A stretch of DNA of 64,000 bases. Source: Octopus bimaculoides. Taxonomy: Eukaryota. The notes beneath the pieces were generated by a model. That model did not search any database. It was not told the origin of the DNA and saw nothing but the letters and a program-made list of their open reading frames with translations. Each line of letters opens with the position of its first letter. Position 1 is the first letter of the stretch. Of this stretch, positions 25,332-39,279 are shown one piece after another. The position numbers and the translations under genes were made by a program. The stretch is from NCBI RefSeq assembly GCF_001194135.2, contig NC_068982.1, positions 29,225,853-29,289,852 of the forward strand, read 5' to 3'.

Positions 25332-27776
25332 AAAGTAAGATATAATACATCCCTGTGCTTACTTACAAATCATTTCATCTCTCTCTCCTCACCCTTTTTA
25401 TACTTTGAAAATATAGCAAGGAACCTGTTGAGTTTCAAACCATAGCTCACAGATTTCCCAGTCCAAAACCATAACCTAACATGTGTGTGTGTGTATGTGT
25501 GTCTGTGTATTCGTGTGTGTTTGAGTATGTAGTCTCTATAACCTTTAGATTTGGGTTTACTGTAATATTATAGAAGATGGGCATTAAAAACGACAATCGC
25601 TATGACTATGATGATGAGGATGACAGCTATGAAGGTGATTATAATCATGTGCATATCGAAGCTTGAATTATTTTTAGTTCACTTTTGTGTGTAAGTTTAT
25701 AAATGTTGTAACAAACATCCAGAAAAATGTCTAGATATTAACCTTTAGGAGATGACAGGGCTGATCTATTGGCCGAAAAGTCAAATGATGACGAAGACTA
25801 TTAGTTCATTGAATATATATAGTTTTATGTAAAGTAATTACATTATCTTCTATAATTTTGTTTGGAAAATGGGTGCATGCCCTCTGTAGGGGTTGTGAAA
25901 AGGGCTCCGTCTTCTTTGCACTGAAACTCCAAATCAGGATTAATAAAACATTATTGAGAGAAACAGTGGCCCCTACTTCCTAATTACAGGAATTCTCCAA
26001 GTCATGGAAGTATTGCGCTCCTGAAAATTTTGCTGTAATGTGGGGTTGTGTAAACAGAAATCCTATTTTTTATTGACTTCTATGTTATATGGAAGTCAAT
26101 AAACATGAAAGAGAATGTGAAAATATGTTCTGTGTAATGAAACTCAATGTTGCAGCAAGACTTTCACAAATGCAAAGCTTCCATAATGCAGGGGATGCTT
26201 GTTCAGTATGTGAGTCTTTCTTCCATTAGTTTGCAAGTTATCTTCATTAAGTATGTGTGTGTAAGAGGGAGAGGGGAGAAGAGAGAGAGAGAGAGTAAGT
26301 GTGTGTGAAGGAGGAGTGCATGAACAGTTAAGGGTTATAACAGTATTTTCTAAACCTGACAAAAGATGCCCAAGCCTAGGGAAGTAACTTAAGTTTTCTA
26401 GCTGACCTGTGTCAGATGTGCTTCTATTTACGTGAACATGTGCATGTATATATNNNNNNNNNNTATATACACAACACTAAATTATGCTCATAATTACACA
26501 CACACATAGACAAAGAAACTGCTCTTAAGTTTGTACTTATTTTGTCAAATGTGATTTTAAAATTTGTTTCTCTTTAACAGAGACTCATAAAAAGAAAATT
26601 CCCTCTCTAGTGGCAGTGCATTGATTAAATGCATCCAGTACACTTGTTAGGTTTTTTCTTTTTATACATAAAATGCCCTCTAAACTGTATGAAAACTTGC
26701 CTTTTAAATGTTGATGATATATGCCTATATATCTATTTTTGAACCAGAAGTAATCCTTTCTATCATAGGCACAAGGCCTGAAATTTTGTTTGGTGTATGT
26801 TTGTGGGGGGAATATTCGATTACATAGACCCCAGTACTCAGCTGGTACTTAATTTATTGACCCCGAAAGGATGAAAGGTAAAGTCGACCTCGGTGGAATT
26901 TGAAGAACCAGAAGTAATGACATCAATGCACATCACAGATCCGTACCATCATAACTGTCACATCTTCATACATAATCTAATGTCTTTAATGCTCAGCCAT
27001 TTTTTTCAGGTCTGCTTATAGTGCTAGTGAAGGGACATGGCTAAGTGGTTAGGGTATTCAACTTACAATCAAAAGGTCGTGAGTTCAATTCCTGGCGATG
27101 CGTTGTGTCCTTGAGCAAGACACTTAATTTCATGTTGCTCCAGTCCAGTCAGCTGGCAAAAATGAGCAGTACCTGTATTTCAAAGGACCAGCCTTGTCAC
27201 ACACTGTGTTACACTGAATTTCCTTGAGAACTACATTAAGGGTATGTATGCTTGTAGAGTACTCAGCCACTAATATATTAATTTCACAAACAGGATGTTC
27301 CATTGATTGGATCAACTAGAACCCTCATCGCCGTAACTGACAGAGTGCTTATTGTGTTAATTAATGCTATCTCTTCAGAAAATCACTCTTAGCTCACTTC
27401 TCCCCAATCTCTGCAGATCTTCTCTATTCAATGCCCATATCTTATTATTATGCAGCATCACATTTATTATATGCCTCCCACCACCACCACTCTAACCCCT
27501 CATTCCCTAGCATAAAACTGTCACCACTTCTTCTCTGAGGGATTGTAGTTTTTTAAGTTGCATGGCAACCTCAAAAGTGCTGGTAGCACAGACAAAGCAT
27601 CTGGGACACACTGTAAAGTGGTTGACATTAGGAAAGACATCCAATTGCAGAAACCATTCCAAAGCCAACACTGGAGCATGAAGCAACCCTTGGACTCATT
27701 GTGTCCTCAAACTGTCCACCTCATGCCAGCACGGAGCACAGATACTAAATGATGATGATGGCCTCTTACAACCTGT

Positions 27777-27778
<2 letters not shown>

Positions 27779-27848
<70 letters not shown>

Positions 27849-27882
27849 NNNNNNNNNNNNNNNNNNNNNNNNNNNNNNNNNN

Positions 27883-27930
<48 letters not shown>
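27779..27930. repeat. (GA)n microsatellite containing an N gap
   Basis: Read directly from the sequence. Confidence 0.95.
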
Positions 27931-27933
<3 letters not shown>

Positions 27934-30699
27934 AACAACTACATAGACAGACAGACTAAAAGAGACAGAAATGTTTTGTTGCCAACAGCAGTTACAATTC
28001 AGCAATCTCATTACTGTCTTTTCTTACTCCATTTACTTTAATCCTACAACAATTATCTTCAGTATTAATACCATCTATACAATACTGGTAACATTACATA
28101 CTACTCTTCTGTGAATCATCTAAACAAACCATAAATTCAATTCCTACATATCTGATGTGATGTACTCAAAGCCCCATTTCCCTGTCAGTCTACTCAGATT
28201 TCATTGTATGTTATGCACACCTATTGCTTGCATTGTGAATTTGGCATGCAGTTTCTATCTCTCCCATTCCTGCATGGTGCTACAATTTTGTATAAGTAGC
28301 CTGAATGATATTCAATGAATATTCCTTAAGATTTTTTTTGTGGGTTGTGGGTATTTAGATCTCATGTGTATCTTGGATTTTTAAATAGGGTCACTGTATG
28401 CTTGTGTGTCATAAGAAGCAGCTACAAGGGTTGGAATTGAGAAGGGCATAAAATACTATCTCTCAGAAACTCCCATCCAACCTATACCAGCATGGTAAGA
28501 GAAATGAGTAAGAGAAATGAGTAAATATGATTTAATAACTTTATTCTTATACTTAATAATATTACTGATGTTAATTAACTTCATGTATGAAATGTTTAGT
28601 TAATCAACAGAGTTTAGATGCAGATCCCTCAATTAATAATATTATAATTTCTCATTGTCAGCTTAATGATCTTAATTATTAAAGAAACATAAATTACTTA
28701 GATTATAAATCTAAGGAAGCTTCGTTCCATTTCCATCCCTTAGGCATTTCTTATCTCCTGAAACAACATTAGAGGTTTGACTTTCTCTCCACATAGGTAA
28801 ATATACATCATATTTCTATATATTCTATAATCAAAAAGTGAAAATGGGTGAGTTAGTAAGTTACTAGAGAAAATAAAAGCAACTAATAGACTGGTGGTTA
28901 ATAGCCTAACATTAGTATTGCATTGTCTCTTGTTCAAGACATTTAATTTTAAATGGCTGAGTTCACATAGCTCCAACTAGGCACCATGAGTTGTATAAGT
29001 TGCCACCATAGACAGGAGCTGTGCTATAAAATTGATGATTATTTTATTGGCTTGCAGTATCAAGTGTATTTCTTAAGATGAAGTAAAACAAAAAGCTATC
29101 AGTAACAGATTGGTGTTCTGTCAAGGAAACAATTTACCTCTGTGCATTCAACAGAGATAAGCACCAGCTTTATGTATCTTTGGGATTCAGAAAGAATAAG
29201 CACACACATTTGTGCATACGCAAGTACTTATCACATTTAGACACTAATGAATTACGTCAGTAATTAACAACTTTGAGAGATAGGCAGTCATAATAACAAT
29301 GCTAACACTTGAACTAATTTATGTTCTGTCGTATAATATTCACTATAAAAATGAGTTACCATTGGTTTTGATGATGAGGATTCAGTTGTTTAATCAACTA
29401 AATTTCCTACTCATTGAATTAGCTTTGATTAGTTGAACATTCTACAGACAGCTGTGCTTTTAATGTAATCCTCAGGTAAAATCAGCAGGTACCTTTGAAT
29501 TACAGACACAATCCACCCAACAAGCTTTCCCACAGGTTCTGTCTACCCAATTTCACTCACAAAGGGTTGACTTGAGGCATAATTAAAAAAACATTTGCCC
29601 AAGATGCCAAATAGTGAGGTTGAACCCAAGACCTCATGGTTGTGAAACAAACTTCTTAATCACTCAGCCATATATTCATCTACATTATGGGAACATTAGA
29701 CATTATGAGCCTTAATTTGATACAATGAAAGAACAACAGGCTCATTTATGCTTTTAATGTTTGACACCTTTTATATCATATCAAAATCTTAAGCATTAAT
29801 TTATAACAAAATATCAGGTTTTATTTTTAAGTAGATTAGCTCCAAATTTGTTGGAGGACCTTAATCCAGTAAAATTTACATATATTTTGACATATGACCA
29901 AAATGCATATCTTGATGGATTGCATGCAAATTGAAGAAAGAGACACAGCAATAAAGAATAAAGCCAGTGGGATGTGTCACTCAAAGGCAAAGGAATTCAG
30001 CTTAGATAAATAAGAAACAATAAAATATTTTATAAAATAGTTTAGACTATAATAATACTTTCTTATACTGGTACAAGGTGACAAGGTTTAATGGAAAGGA
30101 TATAGTTAATTGAATTAACTCCTATGTATAAATGGTATTTCTTTAATAAGCAATAGAAGAATGAAAGGCAAATTTGACCTTTGTGGGATCTGAGCTCAGA
30201 ATTTTGAAGAAGAACACTATATACTGTTGGGCACTTAGTATAGTTGCCAACCATTTTTGCCATACGATTATCTATGCTTTATTAGGATATAATAATTGTT
30301 TACGAAATAGGCACTAGGCCACCAATGTGTTGTCTATCATACCAAACCCAGTAATCTATTCATTCTTATTTATAAAAGCCAGAAGAGCAAAAGAATAAAT
30401 AGTCAAACTGGACAAGATTTGAAATCAGAAGATAATGAACAGTAACTTATAACCAAAAAACAAATGTCTAATGCTCTATTGATTCTATCATACACCCTCA
30501 ACCGTTCATTAATTCCTTTGCTGGAAATCATACTCAGGCTGCCTGGATGAATCCCAAGAATAATAGCATATAAGAACATAATAACAAAAAGTCTTCAATT
30601 TGGTAAAGAGCAATAGATATGTTACATTAGTCTTACTATCATTTTAGATAGCAATCATTGATGTTATCGTTATGCTGTTACTGTAATTGTCTTACTTAC

Positions 30700-30845
30700 C
30701 TTGGCAAGGTGCAGTCTTCCATTGGATGCCCGGCTTGTAAGCAACATATGATTAGAGAAAAGAAAGACTTGTCGCACAACTTCTCGTTTAGAAGAAAGAC
30801 CGAGCAGATTCTTTGGTTTATCTGGCAACAACTGAAGTAGAAGTC
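30700..30845 (-). CDS. RasGRF: RasGRF-family GEF, internal exon, start of second PH domain: (G)LLLQLLPDKPKNLLGLSSKREVVRQVFLFSNHMLLTSRASNGRLHLAK
   Basis: Acceptor tttgtcatccag, donor AAG/gtaagt; 146 bp (2 nt + 48 codons). The peptide aligns by eye to vertebrate RASGRF1 ...[26 protein letters not shown] (from memory). Confidence 0.95.
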
Positions 30846-32048
30846 CTGGATGACAAAACATAGAAATAATTAGTTTAAAAAAAATTAATATAATCATGTA
30901 TGAATATACAAGTAATATAAAATAATGATTATAAAATATCCAATAGATCTCTCTATTAGACAGCTGCATTTTTACCCTTATATAAAAACAACAGTTAAAA
31001 TATGAGTTATTACAACATAGTTATAATTCCCTTTGTACTTGTCTAGCAAGGGATTAGATCCAAGTCTGTAAGTTAAGACTGAAGCAATTACATTGTAGAA
31101 GAGCTATTTTAGTCAACTGGAAAACTTAAAAAGTTGCTGTGGAACTGTGTCAGTGACCTGATGTGTGATGAAAAGTTGGACATTTCAAGAAATAAATGAA
31201 AAATTAATTTAATGTTTTTGTGTCTTTAGATGGTGGCAATAGTTGTCATCTAAAGATTATTATTTAATATGCATAAGATAATTGTCAAGGTATAAATATA
31301 TATGTGAGAATGTGTGTGTGTGTATATCTGTGTGTATCATCATCCTCATTTACTGTCCTACTTCCATGCTGGTGTGGGCCAGACAGTTTGACAAGAGCTG
31401 GTAAGTTAGAAGACTGCATTAAGTAGAGCTTGACATACACACATATATACATGTAAATACGCATTATCACCATATCAGTGAAGATGATTATTATTATCTA
31501 ACATAAAATAAACAATTACTTTTACAAGAGTTTTTAAAACTCCTTGATTTATGCCAGCCAACTAAAAAAAAGTTCTGTTAATGAAGCATTGTAGTGTGTT
31601 CGTTCAATACACTGTAATGATGCAGTGTATTCATATTGTATATTGATACTGAAATAAAAGTATGAATTATTGGACTTTGAAAGGGAAAGGAACAGAAAAG
31701 AAGGAGTCACACACATTTATATTTGTCCAGAGTAATTTAAACCTTATATTGTGCGACAAATAACCTGTATTTAGAATTTGCCTTATGTAACTCATAATCA
31801 CTTTGTATTAATGAAACACATGTAAGATGATGTAACTAAAAATCATAAACGATCTCTCTTGTTTTGTTTTGTGTGTGTGTGTGCACATACAATTCATCAA
31901 ACTCATGGTAGCATGGAAATAAAAGTGAATGAAAAAAAGTAAGTGTGAATCGGAAGGGTTAGTGTGAATCGGAAGGGTTCTTTAGTAGGTATAAAAGGAA
32001 AACAACAAAAATAAACTGAGTCTTTTAATTTGAGGTAGCATGAGAAGT

Positions 32049-32269
32049 TTAACCCCTTAGCATTTAAACAAGCTACATCCAACTCAAATATTCTGCCTGG
32101 TTTATGTTCAAACTGGCCAGATCCAGCATGCCACACCTACCCTACAAGATCATTCTAAAAATACACACTTGCATCATTAAAATCTTGAAGCTATGAGACA
32201 AAAGAAACAAATCAATGTGAATAAATATGCATTACATTTGACAGAGTAATCTGAATTGTAAAAGGTTAA
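32049..32269 (-). mobile_element. piggyBac-like MITE, same family
   Basis: ttaaccccttagcattt...aaaaggttaa; internal homology to the other copies. Confidence 0.8.
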
Positions 32270-33016
32270 AGCTCATTTCGTTATAATTTTAGAAAAGCAG
32301 GAATTTTATACTAAAGTTATTGTTACAATTTAACACAATGCAAAGCAGAGAGAGAGAGAGAGAGAGATAGAAATAGGGGTCAGTCACGTACCATCACTGA
32401 AGTTAAAGTGCTGTCTCACCATTATTGATTTACTTAATCTATAGACCATTCCTAACCATAACTAGTGTCTACTTATTTCTTGATACTACTGCAAAAAGCT
32501 ATTGATCTATGATTCATTAATCAAAAATCATAAACACAAGGAAGCTTCTGATGATCAGAAGCAAGCGTTTCTGATGACCAGACTGGAAAATTGTTTGTTT
32601 TTCCCTTTTGCATGGTTTGGTGAAGAGACATTGTCAAACCAGGAGTAACTTCATCGCAAGGTGATGGAAACCTACTGTTGGTAACCATGTAATCCAGTAC
32701 TACCTGCTCATGGTAGAGTAGTTGGCTACTAAACTAATCCCCTAATGGGTTTATCTATGAGGAGAGTGTATGAGCGCCTAGCAGGATTAAAAAACAAAAA
32801 CTGCAAAAAGTAGATGAGTGCCTTAAGAGCTGGTGATAACGATAACTTGAGGAAGAGATGAGAAGCACCAGCATTACCAATCTCAATGGAACACTTGTAT
32901 GGAAAGTACACCGATATCTAATTCTCTGTCAGACCAGTCAGGACTTGGGAAGGTCAAGACCAATGAGGTGAGGAAACGACTGCTTAAAAGAAAGAAAAAA
33001 AAATATTAGGTATATA

Positions 33017-33430
33017 GGCGTAGGAGTGGTTGTGTGGTAAGTAGCTTGCATACGAACCACATGGTTCCGGGTTCAGTCCCATTGCGTGGCACCTTGGACA
33101 AGTATCTTCTACTATAGCCTCGGGCCGACAAAAGCCTTGTGAGTGGATTTGGTAGATGGAAACTGAAAGAAGCCTGTCGTATATATATGTATATGTATAT
33201 ATATATATGTGTGTGGGTGTTTGTATGTCTGTGTTTGTCCCCCCCCAACATCGCTTGACAACTGATGCTGGTGTGTTTACGTCCCCATAACTTAGCGGTT
33301 CGGCAAAAGAGACCGATAGAAAAAGTACTAGGCTTCCAAAGAATAAGTCCTGGGGTCGATTTGCTCGACTAAAGGCGGTGCTCCAGCATGGCTGCAGTCA
33401 AATGACTGAAACAATTAAAAGAGTAAAGAG
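33017..33430 (+). mobile_element. tRNA-derived SINE family 1 (ggcgcaggagtggctgtgtggtaag... head, internal TA/TG microsatellite), full length
   Basis: A-box/B-box-like head (gtggtaag...ggttcagtccc); near-identical copies elsewhere in the window. Confidence 0.9.
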
Positions 33431-34269
33431 AGAGAGAGAGAGAGTATCCCAATGGCAGAAATGCTACTGTATTTCACTTGACTTAGTGAGGAGGAAAGCC
33501 TGTGCTCACAATGTTTTTATAAGATCTCCAAGACTGATGTGAAAAGAGAACTTGATATCCTCAGGTATTCAAATGCTTACAACATATGGATTCCTTTAAA
33601 AACAGTGATGTTAAACTGGGCTACAGATTAGATCTACTGCTTAATAACAGCTATAGTGCATCTGTCTGGATTTTGTATAGTTTCTGTCTATCCAATATTA
33701 CTCACAAGGTTTGGGTCTATCAAAGACTATGAAAGAAGAAACTTGACCAAAGTTACTTACAGTAGGATTGAACCCAGTATTACAAGATTATGTACTAAAC
33801 TTGTTAACCACATGGCCATGCCTGAATCCATATATATATTTAAATTTGCTCAGTCTTTCATTTTGCAATCATTTCTACCAGAATAATCACCTAAAAATTA
33901 ATCTATAAACATTTAAAGCGGTTATTTAATTTTAAGAATTCACAACCGTAGGTGGTCATTATTATGATGAGAAAATTTGTAAACAAATCCAATCAGGAAA
34001 ATGACTTTTAATTGTATATGAAAAATTATTTCATAACATAGATTTAAAAGTATCTGTATATGGGTTTGTGGAGGCGCGTGGTTTAGTGGTTAAGGTGTCA
34101 GCATCATGATCGCAAGATTGTGGTTTCAATTCCTGGACCAGGCGATGCGTTGTGTTCTTGAGCAAAACACTTCATTTCATGTTGCTCCAGTCCACTCAGC
34201 TGGCAAAAATGAGTAACACTGTGATGGACTGGCGTCCCATCCAGTTGGGGAACACATATGCCATTGAAG

Positions 34270-34470
34270 TTGAAGAAGTGATTTTAAATTCTCAAACGCA
34301 GGATAATGCTAATAATATAACCTGAACAGGATAAGCTACCCCTATTTTGCAGAAAAAAGTGGTTGCGGCTGACTATGAGACTTTTATCTGCAAAATAGGG
34401 GTAGCTTATCCTGTTCATGCTATATTATTAGCATTATCCTGCGTTTGAGAATTTAAAATCACTTCTTTAA
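34270..34470. repeat. Hairpin with ~91-bp arms and 19-nt loop
   Basis: 34270-34360 versus the reverse complement of 34380-34470 shows about 4 mismatches. Confidence 0.92.
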
Positions 34471-35700
34471 TTTTCTAAGATATCTCAACACTTCTAAAGC
34501 AAACTTTGTTTGTTTGCAGTCATCGTAATTTGAATTTAATCTTAAATAAGTTTGCAATTACACAGGAAAGTAATCATTGTTCAGATACAAACTAAAAATT
34601 AGTGAAAGTTCAAGGTGGAGCAATGTCATATCATTAGAAAATATATCTTAGCTTTTACAAAATATACAATTAAACATTTGCCATGTGAGTTATTGTATTT
34701 TCTGTGGATGCTGAGTAGCTAAGATGTTTACGATGCAATTTATAAGGCTCTGAGTTCAACACCACTGTGTAACATTTTGGGCAAATGTATTAATATTGGC
34801 CTTGGGTCAACCCAAGTTTTATGAGTGAACTTGGGTCAACATAAACTGCATAAAAAATTATCAAATGGAATGTACCTGTAATTCAGAGTTCACAGGAACA
34901 CTGGTGTCATGCTTATTTTACCTGAGAATTATGTAAAGAATATCTCAGGAATACTCAGCCACTTCGCAAGTTAATTCAATGAGTAGATTGTCCATTTGAT
35001 CAAACGACTGGGTACTCAAGTGTCAAAATCAACATGAGAGTCCAGCAACGGTAACTGATTAGTATCCAGTATAAGTAGGCAAAAAAGATACTATACTTCT
35101 TAATTACAGTACTGATTAGAACGTCTACTATGAGGGGCATTAACTACATAATAAACAGTCTGTAAACAGCAAATGTAAAACTGCAATATTAAGTACTTGT
35201 TCTAATATCCTAAGATATTCACTGGGATATTAATTCTTTATCATAGTGAGAGATTTATGGTGTCAGCTAATCTCAACCATTCCTCTCTTTTGATACTAAT
35301 CTTCTTAATTATTCCTGACTAGTTCATTAATTACCATTTTTTTTTTTTACATATAATATTTATCCTCTATTCTTATCACATGTATGTATTGGTGTTCTGT
35401 TTTGTATTTGTCTTCAGATGTAATTAAGAATATACGCTGATGTTAAATATCATGTTTACTTAAACAAACATATGAATATTAGTAGATCATTTGAGAAATA
35501 GCTTCTATAAATTTTTAATGTGTATCAACAGTACACGATGAGTGCTATGTTATTTCCAAAGTAAATACATTTCAGTTTCTCCTTCATATTGTCATTGTAA
35601 TCACCACCACCACCACTACCACCTTCACCATCACCATCATCATCATGACCAATAATTTTCTATTTTTTCGAATTTTTGTGAATAACATAGGTTAATACAG

Positions 35701-36100
35701 ATGCAAGAGTGGCTGTGTGGTAAGTAGCTTGCTTACCAACCACATGGTTCTGCGTTCAGTCCTACTGCATGGCACCTTGGACAAGTGTCTTCTACTATAG
35801 CCTCGGGCCGACCAAAGCCTTGTAAGTAGATTTGGTAGACGGAAATTGAAAGAAGCCCATCATGTATACATGTATGTGTATGTGTGTGTGTGTATTTGTA
35901 TGTCTGTGGTGGTCCCCCAACATCACTTGACAACAGATGCTGGAATGTTTACATTCCTGTAACTTAGCGGTTCAGCAAAAGAGACCGATAGAAAGAGTAC
36001 TAGGCTTTCAAAGAATAAGTCCTGGGGTTGGTTTGTTTGACTAAAGGCAGTGCTCTACCATGGCCACAGTCGAATGACTGAAACAAGTAAAAGAATAAAA
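35701..36100 (+). mobile_element. SINE family 1, full length
   Basis: Homologous to the 33017 copy. Confidence 0.9.
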
Positions 36101-36256
36101 GAATAATATAAATTAGTACAATGGTTCTTAACCTCTGTTGGGGATATTCTGAGCTCAGAAGGGAGTAGTAAATGACAAAATGCCAAAGGGGAGCAATGGA
36201 CAGTGTGGGGTAGGGTTAAAGAATTTGTGTTTTGATTTTTGTTTGAAAGTAAAATA

Positions 36257-36697
36257 GGCGCAGGAGTGGCTGTGTGCTAAGTAGCTTGCTTACCAACCAC
36301 ATGGTTCCGGGTTCAGTCCCACTGCATGGCATCTTCGGCAAGTGTCTTCTACTATAGCCTCGGGCCGACCAAAGCCTTGTGAGTGGATTTGGTAGGCAGA
36401 AACTGAAAGAAGCCCGTCGTNNNNNNNNNNNNNNNNNNNNNNNNNNNNNNNNNNNNNNNNNNNATATATGTCTGTGTGTGTGTGTATGTTTGTGTGTCTG
36501 TGTTTGTCCCCCCAATATCGCTTGACAACCGATGCTGGTGTGTTTATGTCCCCGTCACTTAGCAGTTGAGCAAAAGAAACCAATAGAATAAGTACCAGGC
36601 TTACGAAGAATAAGTCCTGGGGTCGATTTGCTCGACTAAAGGCGGTGCTCCAGCATGGCCGCAGTCAAATGACTGAAACAAGTAAAAGAGTAAAGAG
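36257..36697 (+). mobile_element. SINE family 1, full length (contains an N gap)
   Basis: Homologous to the 33017 copy. Confidence 0.9.
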
Positions 36698-36860
36698 TAT
36701 ATAAAACCCAAGTACAACATATTTTCAAGTAAACCTTTTGTCAGGATTAGAGATACATTGTGTTGTCTGTGGGTCGGACATTGTGCTGTCAGTGAGCAGA
36801 AACATGACTGATGGTATACCAACATCCAATATAATTCCAATATATAAGCACTAACCTTCT

Positions 36861-37077
36861 TTAACTCTTTAGCATTCAGATTACTCTGTCAAATGAAATG
36901 CTTATTTATTCACATCATTTTGAATTAATCATATATTATCTCATAGCTTTGAGACTACGATGATGTGACTGTTTATTTTTAGAATGACATTTAGGGTAGG
37001 TGTGAAAGGTTAGTTTAAACATAAAACAAGCGGATTATATGAGCTGGATATGGCCAGTTTAGGTGCTAAAGTGTTAA
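36861..37077 (+). mobile_element. piggyBac-like MITE, same family
   Basis: ttaactctttagcattcagattactctgtc...gctaaagtgttaa. Confidence 0.8.
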
Positions 37078-37959
37078 TAATTTTGATTTGAATTTAACAT
37101 TGGCACATACTGGATAGGATAACATAAGAACGCAAGGATATTACAACACAACACAAAATTAACCTCTGTTTAATTAAAAGAATCTGCTCGGATATTTTTT
37201 AGAGCTGTTTTACAGAACATAGAGAGAAGGCATTTGTAAAACACTGTTCAGTGAAAGAAGAACTGTATTACAAAAGGTTGAAAAACACTGGATATATGTT
37301 AGCTTTATCAACCATAGAGAGATGTAATAACATTACTTTTGCAAGGAGATATTTATCTAGAGACTCAAAGTATTAAAAGAAAACTTTTTATGTGTCACTC
37401 AATCATTTTGAAGTGTTAACTGACAGAATCATTATGAGCAACCTGTGGCCTGCAAGACTTTCTTAATGGCAGGCTTAATAAGACATTAAACTGGAACTCC
37501 GTTGGTTACGACAAAGAGGTTTCCAGTTGATCCGATCATTGGAACAACCTGTCTTGAAATTAATGTGCAAATGGCTGAGCACTCCACAGGCATGCGTGCC
37601 CTTAATATAGTTCTCAGGGAGATTCAGCATGACACAGAATGTGATAAGGCTGGCCCTTTGAATTACAAGTATTACTCATTTTTGCCAGCTGAGTGGACTG
37701 GTGCAATGTGAAATAAAGTGTCTTGCTCAAGTTCACAACACATCACCAGGAATCGAACTCGCAATGTTATGATCGTGAGCTGAATACCCTAGCCACTAAG
37801 CCGCGTGCCTTCACCAATGAAATATTATCCTGAATATTTTTAGTAGTGCAACCCACCTGATGATGAGCCATGTCTCATGCTGGCTCTCTTCTCAAGAGAA
37901 GCTGCCCATGTCTGCATTATTGGAAAGAATACCTCACAATATTTATTCTGAGTTTATAT

Positions 37960-38260
37960 GCTCTGAGTTCAAATGTAGTGACAATCACTTAAAGGTGGAG
38001 GGAAGTTATGGAAAAGGAAGACCCAGGAAGAAATGGGACAAAATACTGAAAGCTGTTCTCAAAACGCTGAGCCTTACAAAAGAGATGACAGAGGACTGAG
38101 ATATGTGGCACATTGCTGTACTCAGGAAGACCTGCCCACCACAATAAAATTGAGACCCTAAAACCAAGGTGCCACGTAAAAATATTTGATGTGGGTGCTG
38201 GTGCCATTTAAAAAGCATCCAGTACACTTTACTTTTCATATATTTGGGTAGGGTTGATAA
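37960..38260 (+). mobile_element. RTE LINE 3' fragment
   Basis: KVEGSYGKGRPRKKWDKILK...LTKEMTED, homologous to the copies at 4440 and 39280. Confidence 0.75.
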
Positions 38261-39279
38261 AAATAGCACCAATCAAAGGCGGTGAATTGGTGGAAGTGTG
38301 AGAGTAGGATGCCTTGTGAACATCATCCTCGTTCTTTGTGTTCTGAGTTTAAATCCTGCCATGGCTTTTGTGGGTGATAGACTTAATCCATCACCAGGAT
38401 TAACACCATCATTCAGCCCCCTGGATGTCTTTAGTGAACTCCATTCTGTTGGATGCATTTAGGTCAGGTCTCCAGTTTCAGAATAACTCTCTTTCCCTCC
38501 CTCCTATCAATCTCAGAGGCCCTATAAAGGATCGGGAACACTGTTTAGGTACAGGCATGGCTGTGCACCAAGAAGCTTGCTTCCCAAGCCCATGGTTTTG
38601 GGCCCAGTCCTACGGTGTGGCACATTGGGCAAGTTTTTCTATAATAACCTCAAGCTGACCAAAGTTTTGTGAGTGGATTTGGAAAGAAGAAACAGAGGAT
38701 AGAAGCCTGTTGTGTGGGTGTATGTGTGTGTATACACACATATATATGATTGTGTTTGTACTCCACTTGAGAATGTTGGTTTGTTTATTTAGCAATTTGG
38801 CGAAAGAGACCGAAAGACAAAGTACTAGACTTAGAAAGACTTGGGGTCAATTACTTTGACTAAATCCAACAAGGCAGTACCTCAGAATGGCCAGAGTACA
38901 ATGACTGAAATGAGTGAAAGATAAATATAAGTTTCCTTTAAGACAATATGTGCACATGATGATAAGTTCGATAGACAGGGTGATCAATAAAAGGAGTTTA
39001 GGAAAGGCTTTGTTTTATGTGTTCAGTATTCTCACTAAATACATTTAAATCTTCTTATTCCAACCCATATTTTGCTATTTGTTGTTTCTTTTAATTATTT
39101 TGTGGGCTTTTTTTTTTTTCATTAAGAAGACAAACAGGATAATCTATTGCCTAAACAATCTTCGTAACAACACCTAGTCTCAACATATGCTGAATAGCTG
39201 CGTTATAGCATTATTATCCGATAATGCTGAGATTATTATTATTATTATTTTTATTATATATATATAGTTGCATAAAGAA

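Noticed and set aside
32541-32590. Two CTGATGA motifs followed by GAAA
   Set aside because: No convincing stems I, II or III around the core, so not called a hammerhead; no snoRNA terminal stem either.
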